64,000 nt of DNA from NCBI RefSeq assembly GCF_006345805.1, contig NC_042997.1:189410001-189474000 (forward strand). The letters run 5' to 3'. The notes beneath the pieces are model-generated. The model saw only the letters and a program-made list of their open reading frames with translations, did not search any database and was not told the DNA's origin. This stretch comes from Octopus sinensis (taxonomy: Eukaryota). Shown in pieces: positions 53,950 through 64,000 of the stretch; within the stretch, counting starts at the first letter, position 1; every line of letters begins with the position of its first letter. A program made the translations under genes and the position numbers.

Positions 53950-54873
53950 AACACAACTGAATGTACGAGGAATATTTATACAGTATATGGGGTTTCGGAC
54001 AATAAGCGTCAGCCAGTGTCAGCAGTGACTCCAGAAATTCCGAGCCGGCAACTACAGCCTAGAAGACGAGCTTCGTCCTGGAAGATCTGCAAAGCTCGAC
54101 GAGGACGTCCTGCAAACCCCGTTGGAGCAAAATGCCATCGTAACTGTTGAGGAATTAACACAGAAGCTTGAACCTTGTCATCCAACCATTCATCGACACC
54201 TGCGTGCCATCGGAAAAGTCAGCAAATTGGGTCAATGGGTTCCTCACAAACTTTATGAGTCTAATCGCGCGCAGTGAGTGAATGTGTGCTCTTCTTTGCT
54301 GTCACGTCTCACGAATGAACCTTTCTTGGACTGAAAAATAGGTTCTCTATAAAAATGTCAAGCGCCGAAGATAGTGAGTAGGGAAAGGTTAAACACTGAA
54401 ACCCCAGGCTAAAGAAGGTCTTCGCCCACGTAATGTTCTGTTATTTGTTTGTGGAATATGAAAGGTTTAACTTCGAATTTTTAAGCGCAAAGCAAACGAT
54501 AACAAAAGAGATCTACTGCGAACAGCTTGAGCGGCTTAAGTCAGCGCCAGAAGAAAAACGATCATCTTTGCTTTCAAGACGAAAAGCCTTCTTCCATCAC
54601 GATAATGCTCGGCTACATACAGCGAGGATAACATTGCAGAGGCTGGCGCAGTTTGAGTGGGAATGGAGCACTACCCCATCTGATTATCATTTATTCCGCA
54701 GTCTTCAAAATCATTTGGACCGCAAAAATATGAATTCTGTAGACGAAGTTAGAACAGTACTGGAGGAGTATTTATCGTCACGAACAAGTGAATTTTGGAA
54801 GAAAGGCCTTGCAAGTCTACCTGATAGATGGAAGAGCATTGTAGAAAATGAAGAAGAGTATATTTTAGATTAA
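53950..54873 (+). pseudogene. Degenerate mariner (DD34D) transposase
   Basis: GKVSKLGQWVPHKL, FHHDNARLHTA, PSDYHLFRSLQNHL, GLASLPDRWKSIVE; stops and deletions. Confidence 0.88.
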
Positions 54874-54924
54874 AAAAGAAGTATAAGAAAACTGCATTAT
54901 TTTCTTAACCGTTAATCCCTGCAT

Positions 54925-55105
54925 ATTTTTTCTCTCTCCTTTTTTTTTTGTTCTCCCTTCATTTTTTCCACGTAAATCCTTTTTGTCGAAGAGAGTAGGC
55001 TCGAAACGTCATAGACTTTTCCATTCTTCCCAAGCGTTAAACTAATACACTTGCTTGCTGTTCCCTCACTTGTCTTCGTCTTTTGTTTTCTGTAAATTTG
55101 AATTA
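54925..55105 (+). mobile_element. S6 Penelope-like terminal repeat (most decayed copy)
   Basis: GAAGAGAGTAGGCTCGAAACGTCATAGAC. Confidence 0.65.
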
Positions 55106-55118
55106 TATATATATATAC

Positions 55119-55166
<48 letters not shown>

Positions 55167-55255
55167 GCATATATATACATACATATATGCATATATGCAT
55201 ATATGCATGTACACTAACACACACACACATATATATATATACGTATGTATGTATG

Positions 55256-55338
<83 letters not shown>

Positions 55339-55909
55339 CCAAAATATCGTTATAGGTATAGATATACCATAAGCAATTATAGAAAAATGGAGAAGAAAAA
55401 GATGTTACACCAGAATTAGATTTAATACAAAATAGGATTCAATACATACGCGCGTTTCAAAGGACAATACAAATATGTAACAAAAACATTATAATCATAG
55501 TAATTATAATTTAATTATGCATTGTCATTCTCATCAGCGTGAAGAATTTTTAGAAGGACATTAAAAAAGGTTTAATGAAATAAAGTAAATTAAGTGAGAA
55601 TACAAAAGGGGTAATAGGGAAAAATCAGATATTTACAAGCAAGTTGTAAAAGGGAAAAAAATAACATTAATAATAATAGTGAGAAAGACGAAAGGGAAAA
55701 AATGACAGGCATATAAATGAGTATGCACGTCTATATGTGCAGTAAACTATAACATATTTTTCAGCTACTATTTTCATATTCTTACTACTTGCTCTGGCTG
55801 ATTTTTATGAATATGATGAATCTTTATTAGAAATCATTCTTTCTCTTTTTTTGGACCTCTCAAAAAGATTGAATTGTTCTTTTTGAACTTATTTTTCCCC
55901 ACAGATATA

Positions 55910-56471
55910 TTAGGTTGTCCGGAAAGTTCGTGCCGTTTTATAGTAGCTTACATTTCGACTTATTTTAGAAAATGGTTGAGTAGATAAAATAGGGTTTGTC
56001 TACACCTCCATTTAGAGCACAGTTTAAGCTATCTTTTCTCGAAGAATGTTTATGTTCCTATAACCTGTGTTAATTCTGTAACCCTTTAAAATGGAAGATA
56101 AGAAAGTTCATTTTCGGCACTTGATGCTTTGGAAGCCAGACAAAAATTGCTGCAGCTTGGCTGGGATGTGTTACCCAACACTCCACATTCACCCTCCTTC
56201 GGATTTCCACTTATTCAGGTCTCTACAGAATAGTCTTAATGGTAAAAATTTCAACTCCTTGGATGACATAAAAAGATACCTTGAATTTTTTGCCATGAAA
56301 CCACCTCAATTTTGGGAAGAGGGTATTTTCAAGTTAAAGGAAAGATGGAGACGCATTGTGCAACAAAATGGTTCATATTTGGTTGATTAAAAATGTAATG
56401 GCAAGTATTTATTGACCTTTTGAATGATTTCTTTCCTTTTAAAATCGGCACGAACTTTCCGGACCACCCAA
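55910..56471 (+). mobile_element. Mariner internal-deletion derivative with both TIRs
   Basis: TA|TTAGGTTGTCCGGAAAGTTCGTGCCG ... CGGCACGAACTTTCCGGACCACCCAA|TA; ORF 56091-56390 fuses the N-terminus MEDKKVHFRH to the C-terminus SDFHLFRSLQNSL. Confidence 0.9.
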
Positions 56472-57062
56472 TATATATATTTATATATGTATGGACATGC
56501 ATATACATAAATATAGATACAAAGCTGAAGCTTCTTGAATAATAACTAAATTCTACGGTTCCGATTAATCAGGCTTTGGAAGAAAAACAGCAGGATACCA
56601 GTATATGAAAAAATAAGCATCATATGTCCATATTTTATTTTATATATTGTCACGCAGCTCACCTTGATCATTCATTTGTATGATCAGAACTTGTAATCTT
56701 AGCGATGCGATTTAAGACATTTCATTTTCTAGTAAAACATACTCAATTTTATGTATTGAGTACTTTTCATTAATTCATATTTCGTTACTTAAATAACTTT
56801 AGCCAATAAGAATTCCAAGATTGCTCTTCGAAATGTTGTTGATCGGAATTAGTTATTCAAAGAATGATTGTTGTTATCATTAAGATTGCAATTCCAATTA
56901 ATTAAAATGTCTGGGTGTGCTACAGTAAACATGCAAGTTCTCATTTTACTATTATGCTTTTGTGCGACAGGCGTCCCTGAATATTTTTTCTCAGTGTCAT
57001 TTTTGCATACACAAACATACACGCACAAACACAAAGTCACTCCCACACAGAAACCTTAGAGT

Positions 57063-57297
57063 CAAGGTGGTGAGCTGGCAGAAACGTTAGCACGCCAGGC
57101 GAAATGCCTAGCGGTATTTCGTCTGCCGCTACGTTCTGAGTTCAAATTCTACCGAGGTCGACTTTGCTTTTCATCCTATCGGGGTCGATTAAATAAGTAC
57201 CAGTTACACACTGGGGTCGATATAATCGGCTTAATCCGTTTGTCTGTCCTTGTTTGTCCCCTCTATGTTTAGTCTCGTGTGGGCAATAAAGAAATAA
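57063..57297 (+). mobile_element. SINE S3, full length
   Basis: 12-bp TSD AAACCTTAGAGT at 57051-57062 and 57298-57309. Confidence 0.92.
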
Positions 57298-57352
57298 AAA
57301 CCTTAGAGTTATATAAAAAAATCAAATAATGTATATAATAATGCAGAACACA

Positions 57353-57401
<49 letters not shown>

Positions 57402-57531
57402 GGTGTGTGCGTATGTGTGTGTATGTTTATCTATCTACCTACTTCTTCACTCTCTCTCTCTTTCTGTCTGTAACGAGAAAGCTGCACCTGTATTTGTGAC
57501 TGTATTTGTTTGTTTGTTTGTGTATATATAT

Positions 57532-57564
<33 letters not shown>

Positions 57565-58259
57565 TATATATAAACACAACCTAGTGTTTAGGTGTTACAA
57601 ACATTATATATCTAATAATGAATACATATTAAGAACATATTCATGTAACATTATAAATAATTGTTAAAAATACGGCAAGAAATACGTGTAATATAAGAAA
57701 TAGCTTGCCGACTATGGAGAAAGTCTATGGTTGATGATGACGATGATGATGAAGAGCATCATTGGATTGTGGTGTCAAAGGTGCAAAAAGTGGAAGAAAA
57801 AGTTGAAATGGTCCTGTTTGAAATATTTTTGAACAGAATTCTATTCGATTCAGAATTTGTCGACCTGGAGTGCAACATGGAGATCAACAACTACAAAAAC
57901 AATAACGACTGAGCCTAGATATACAAATTTCTAGGCGTGTGCATGGATTCAGATCTTTTTATGAACAGTATTAAAAGGATGGCCGGATGACTATCATTCG
58001 ACACATGTTCATGTATTATGTAGAGAAATTGAGAATGTATATGAAAGAAGCATTTAAAGAATTTAGCCTAAAAACTACTATGAACTAAATCAGAGTTTTT
58101 CAACCATTTTTTTTTATCTATGGACCCCTTTGATTACTATTTTATTCTGGTGCACTCCCATCGCCATTCATTGTTTACAAACTAGTTCTACAGATACTTC
58201 TTTAAAAATACCTATTTTCTTTTTAAGGTTATAAGAGGTAATGGTGTCATTGAGACCCA

Positions 58260-58695
58260 AAGGTGTCAGGTAATGCTGTATACGTGCTATAGACAGACAT
58301 ACTTAAGTTCCAAGGTTCGGTTATGTTGCGAATAAGGGGTTCAACGTTGGTTCTATATCAGCGTGTGTATATAAGAATTTTTTTGCGGAATGAGATATAA
58401 AAACTCAAGGCAGTGTAGATATTAGGACATTTATAGATAGGTCTTACAGCTGTTTCTAGGATATTTATTAATTATATCCCTTCATCGGAGACGATGTGAG
58501 AGGATGGTTAAGTAATAGTTTAAAAAATGGATCTGCCTAAAAAATGAATCTACAACGTCAATATCCCTACATATCTTACACCTATTTTCTTTCTTCCACC
58601 TCAATCTCTATTTTGTATCCTATCTAAATTAACTATTACTTAACCATCCTCTCACACCGTCTCCGATGAAGGGATATAATTAATAAATATCTTGG
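58260..58695. mobile_element. Penelope-like inverted terminal repeat with variant hammerhead (58441-58492, minus)
   Basis: Inverted arms 58460-58520 and 58631-58691; minus strand GTCT CCGATGA AGGGATAT...ATATCCTA GAAA CAGCTGT A AGAC. Confidence 0.65.
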
Positions 58696-59759
58696 GTCAT
58701 TTTAGCCGTGTGACAAGGAGCCCCATCTTCCATAAATAGTCTTCCTTAATCATTTCACCTCTGGAGAAGATTGGGAGGAGTCCTTTCTGCAGTATGGACA
58801 CAAAATTATCAATGTTTTTGGATTATATAACCCCAGATGTACTATCCCAGTAAAACAAAACAGAACAAAACGAGAAAAAACATGCAGTCTGGTGGTATTG
58901 CCGGAAGGGCTTTGACTATATGGTGTATTTGAGGGAATTTATCTGCTATTTCTTGCAAGTATTTTGACCACATGGAAACTCTTTGGCTCACAATTGCTGC
59001 AATTGACCAGGAATGGTACGTCAGCCAATGCTACATCATTTTACAGTATTATGCCAATCTTGTGGTCGTGCGTTCAGTTCCACAGTGTGACACCTTAGGC
59101 GAGTGTCTTCTATTATAACCTGTGTTATAACTTTGGACTATGGGTATGCAGTGAAACTGCCTTGAAGGGTGTAGTTGAATAAATTGACACAAGTACTTAT
59201 GTTTTTAAGTCTATTTACTTAACACAATAACAACGAGAACAGCAGCACACTGCAAATAACGAACAGAATATGCACAGAAGTAGACCAGAAGCATCCGTGA
59301 AACAACAGCCAAATGTCTCTTAAATCATAATGAAATATTCATCGGATGGATGTAGTTCGGGGTGTATTGTCTGAATGAGAGAGAGAGAGGTAGAGAGGGA
59401 GAGAGAGAGTGAGAGAGAGAGAGAGGGAGAGGGAGAGAGGTAGAGAGGGAGAGAGGGAGAGAGAGAGTGAGAGAGAGAGGGAGAGAGAGAGAGAGGGAGA
59501 GAGAGAGAGAATGAGTGATAGAGAGAGAGAGAGATGGAGGAAGTGATAGTGGGAACTTATTTGATCATAAATCTGTGCGACCAGGGATCATTTGGGGTTA
59601 AACAACAACAGTGATAGCTTTATTACCGACAACAACAACACCAACGCAAAAGAACACCACCAACAATAAGAACAACGTCATCACCACCACCACCGCCAAC
59701 AACAACAACAACAACAACAACAACATAACAGTAGCGTCATCATTCTGAAAAATAACGAC

Positions 59760-61029
59760 ACTAATAACCATTAACAACTATAAGAATATCAACAATATTA
59801 TCACGACCACCACCCTCACCACCACCACTACCATCACAATTATCGCCACCATCATCACCATCATCACAACCACCCTCACTTCCACAATCACCACCGCCAC
59901 CATAACCAGCACCACCACCAGAACCACCACCACCAGCACCACCAGCACCACCAGCACCACCACCAGCACCAGCACCAGCACCACCAGCACCAGCACCACC
60001 AGCACCACCAGCACCACCACCAGCACCAGCACCAGCACCACCAGCACCAGCACCACCAGCACCACCAGCACCACCACCACCACCAAGCACCAGCACCACC
60101 AGCACCACCAGCACCAGCACCAGCACCACCAGCATCACCACCAGCACCACCACCACCAGCACCACCAGCACCACCACCACCACCACCACCAGCACCAGCA
60201 CCACCAGCACCACCAGCACCACCAGCACCAGCACCACCACCACCAGCACCAACCACCACCAGCACCACCACCCCCACCACCACCAGCACCACCACCACCA
60301 GCACCAGCACCACCACACCACCAGCACCACCACCAGCACCAGCACCACCAGCATCACCACCACCAGCACCAGCACCACCAGCACCACCAGCACCAGCACC
60401 AGCACCACCAGCACCACCACCACCAGCACCACCACCACCAGCACCACCAGCACCAGCACCAGCACCACCAGCACCACCACCACCAGCACCACCACCACCA
60501 CCACCACCAGCACCAGCACCAGCACCACAGCATCACCACCACCAGCACCACCACCACCACCAGCACCCACCACCAGCACCACCAGCACCACACCACCAGC
60601 ACCAGCACCACACACCACCACCACCACCACCACCACCACACCACCACCACCAAGCATCACCACCACCAGACCACCAAAACCCCCCCCACCCCCACCACCA
60701 CCAACCCGCATCACCACACCAGCCACCACCAGCACCACCAGCACCACCACCAGCACCACCAGCACCAGCACCACCAGCACCAGCACCACACCACCACCAC
60801 CACCAAGCACCACCACCAACCACCCACCACCAGCATCACCACCACCAGCACCACCACCACCACCACCACCACATCACCACCACCAGCACCACCACCACCA
60901 CCACCACCAGATCACCACCACCACAGCACCACCAGCACCACCAGCACCACCACCAGCACCACCAGCACCACCACCACCAGCACCACCAGCACCACCACCA
61001 CCACCACCACCAGCACCAGCACCACCAGC

Positions 61030-61060
<31 letters not shown>

Positions 61061-61303
61061 CCACCAGCACCACCACCACCAGCACCACCACCACCACCAC
61101 CACCAGCACCACCACCACCAGCACCACCACCACCAGCACCACCACCACCAGCATCACCACCACCAGCACCAGCACCACCACCACCACCAGCATCACCACA
61201 CCACCACCACCACCCCACCAGCACCACCACCAGCACCACCAGCACCAGCACCACCAGCACCAGCACCACCACCACCAGCACCACCAGCACCAGCACCACC
61301 AGC

Positions 61304-61334
<31 letters not shown>

Positions 61335-62410
61335 CCAACCAGCATCACCACCACCAGCACCACCACCACCACCACCACCAGCATCACCACCACCAGCACC
61401 ACCAGCACCACCAGCACCCCACCACCACCAGCACCACCAGCACCAGCACCACCAGCACCAGCACCACCACCACCAGCACCACCACCACCACCACCACCAG
61501 CACCACCACCACCAGCACCACCACCACCAGCACCACCAGCACCACCACCACCAGCACCACCACCACCACCACCACCAGCATCACCACCACCAGCACCAGC
61601 ACCACCACCACCACCAGCATCACCACCACCAGCACCACCACCACCACCAGCACCACCACCAGCACCACCAGCACCAGCACCACCACCACCAGCACCACCA
61701 GCACCACCACCACCACCAGCACCACCACCAGCACCACCACCAGCACCACCAGCACCAGCACCACCACCACCAGCACCACCACCAGCACCACCACCACCAG
61801 CACCACCACCAGCACCACCAGCACCAGCACCACCAGCACACAGCACCACCAGCACCACCAGCACCAGCACCACCACCACCAGCACCACCACCACCAGCAC
61901 CAGCACACCACCACCAGCACCACCACCACCACCAGCACCACCACCAGCACCACCAGCACCAGCACCACCAGCACCAGCACCACCAGCACCACCAGCACCA
62001 GCACCACCAGCACCAGCACCACCACCACCAGCACCACCACCACCAGCACCACCACCAGCACCACCACCAGCATCACCACAACCACCCTCACTACCACAAT
62101 CACCCCCGCCACCACCAGCACCACCACCACCAGCTCCACCAGCACCACCTGCAGCAGCAGCACCACCACCATCACCACAACCACCCTCACTACCACAATC
62201 ACCACCGCCACCATAACCAGCACCACCACCACCAGCACCACGACGACGACGACGACCACCACCACCACGACCACCACCAACAACAACAATAACAACAAGA
62301 AACCATTGTAGTAGCATCATTAACAACAACAGTAACAAACTCTAGCAACAGCGCCATCACCACCACCACCACGACCATAACAACCGCCTCCAACAACAAC
62401 AACAACAACA
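59760..62410. repeat. ~2.6-kb cryptic (CAC/CAG)n trinucleotide array
   Basis: Mixed CACCAC/CACCAG with sporadic 1-base phase shifts; preceded by (GA)n at 59375-59535. Confidence 0.95.
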
Positions 62411-62522
62411 TCGTCATAGAAAAAAAATCCATCTTCAGACAAAGACCAAAAATATAAAAAAAACTCATGAACTAGCATCGATTATAGAAATCTTCAACAT
62501 TATCATACGGGGACAAAATATG

Positions 62523-62558
<36 letters not shown>

Positions 62559-62904
62559 ACATACACAGATACACACACACATCAGCACACGTACATACGC
62601 ACATATTCATATGCATACATACACATACATATATTATATTATAAATATGCGCCTATTTTACCGAAGAGAAGAGCAATTATTTCAACCATCTTTATCCTAG
62701 ATGTAGTAAATGTCTTCTGTACTCAACTAAGAACATCAATCAAACTTGAATGTCAATAAATCATCGTTGGCCTTTTCCACTTATCATTAGGTGTTTCCGC
62801 CCACTGAATATTGTACTTAAACGTGTAATGTCAGAACTACGGTAAATGTGCGTGCTTGCGCTTGCGTGCGCCTGTATGATTATGTGTGTGTGTGAGTGTG
62901 AGTG

Positions 62905-62939
<35 letters not shown>

Positions 62940-63088
62940 GAAATAGAGAGATAGAGCGAGAGGGAGATAGGGAAAGAAAGAGAGAGGGACAGAAAGAGAA
63001 ATAGCTTAGTAAAAAAAAAAAGCTCACAAAATATTAAAAAAGATTTCCTTTTGAAAATATCAGATTACTTCGAAATATATCAGCTTAC

Positions 63089-63159
<71 letters not shown>

Positions 63160-63160
63160 C

Positions 63161-63405
63161 GCGAAGACGCATGGCTCAGTGGTTAGAGCATCGAGCTTAA
63201 GATCGCGTGTTGTGTTCTTGAGCAAGACACTTTATTTCACGTTGCTCCAGTTCACTCAGCTGTAGAAATGAGTTGCAACATCACTGGTACCAAGTTGTAT
63301 CGGCCTTTGCCTTTCCCTGCTCTTCTATAAACAACTTGTGCCCGGGGGGGGGGTAACTTTCTGGGTGCAATCCCATGGTCATTCATCACCGAAAGGGGCC
63401 TCCTC
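63161..63405 (+). mobile_element. SINE (S5-type core, tail shared with 38191-38495)
   Basis: GCATGGCTCAGTGGTTAGAGC head and GTGTTCTTGAGCAAGACACTTTATTTCACG core. Confidence 0.75.
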
Positions 63406-63453
63406 CTCCTTCTCATCATCATCATCATCATTATTATTATTATTATTATTATT

Positions 63454-64000
63454 GAGTGAGAGAGCAGTTCATGCCATCAAAGTGACACTGGGGTAAAATA
63501 TACGAAGCCCAATATACCCATCATGACTACCCGTCTGATAAGGGTACACCAGGCACATGCATCACAACCATATGTGCGCGACATGGTGATCTCATATCAA
63601 GATAAACAGCACATGACCTTGCAGGTGGGGCCCAGTTAGAATTTTCTTCAGGTTGAGTAGCCCATCCCGCTCAAACGGTCCCTGAATAAGGGTTGTTTAA
63701 GGATGTTGAAAGAATCACCCATGTTTCCAGAGGTGAACTATTCAAACCCCAAGAATCCCTCTCAACACATGGCTATGATGCTCCCCCACTACTTCTGCTC
63801 GTGATCAGAGATGCACATATCGTCAGCCACTAAGGGACATGCTCAACTGGTTAAGGTCAAACAACTGACAAGCAAATCTGTGGTATTGAGCAGAATATTT
63901 GCTGTAGCCCATCTTTTATACCAAGACAAAACAATGTACATGATAACACTTCCAATCAGTTAAGATCAGAAGCCATGAGAGCCACTGCCTGGTACTGCAT
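63454..64000 (-). mobile_element. Probable interspersed repeat whose minus-strand 3' end runs into (AAT)n; continues beyond the window
   Basis: Abrupt, more GC-rich, non-coding block abutting the (ATT)n tract at 63430-63453; only one copy in the window. Confidence 0.45.

Noticed and set aside
57727-57912. Acidic 61-aa ORF in unique sequence
   Set aside because: Starts in a (GAT)n run; no family resemblance or supporting splice structure in any frame
59761-62338. Long minus-strand Gly/Ala/Val/Trp-rich ORFs resembling glycine-rich structural proteins
   Set aside because: Open in all three frames because (GGT/GCT)n lacks stops, and they switch frame at indels

Overview
Eukaryotic, AT-rich, microsatellite-saturated DNA with no host protein-coding gene I can support. 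The repeat landscape is most consistent with a cephalopod (octopus) intergenic or deep-intronic region; this is inferred from the SINE families and microsatellite load, not proven. Almost all explainable sequence is mobile DNA: tRNA-headed SINEs (labelled S1, S3, S4, S5 here), non-autonomous Helitrons, hAT and mariner/maT DNA transposons, and LINE remnants (CR1-like, RTE, R4-like, I/Jockey-group, Penelope). Three things stand out. (1) A young Tx1/L1-type retrotransposon (48383-53100) and a second 5'-truncated copy (23571-23930) both sit inside (TCTA)n tracts with an identical 3' junction, suggesting a (TCTA)n/(GATA)n-specific element; its four ORF2 frameshifts are all 1-base losses in short homopolymers, so ORF2 may be intact. 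(2) About eleven hammerhead-ribozyme motifs from at least six unrelated Penelope-like or retrozyme-like repeat families, mostly with self-complementary stem III; one ~550-bp tandem family restarts at the predicted cleavage site. (3) An old LINE whose post-RT segment was tandemly amplified as a ~186-bp (62-codon) unit, then invaded by a Helitron, block-duplicated and invaded again. All coordinates were read by eye; ends without TSD/TIR support are approximate.
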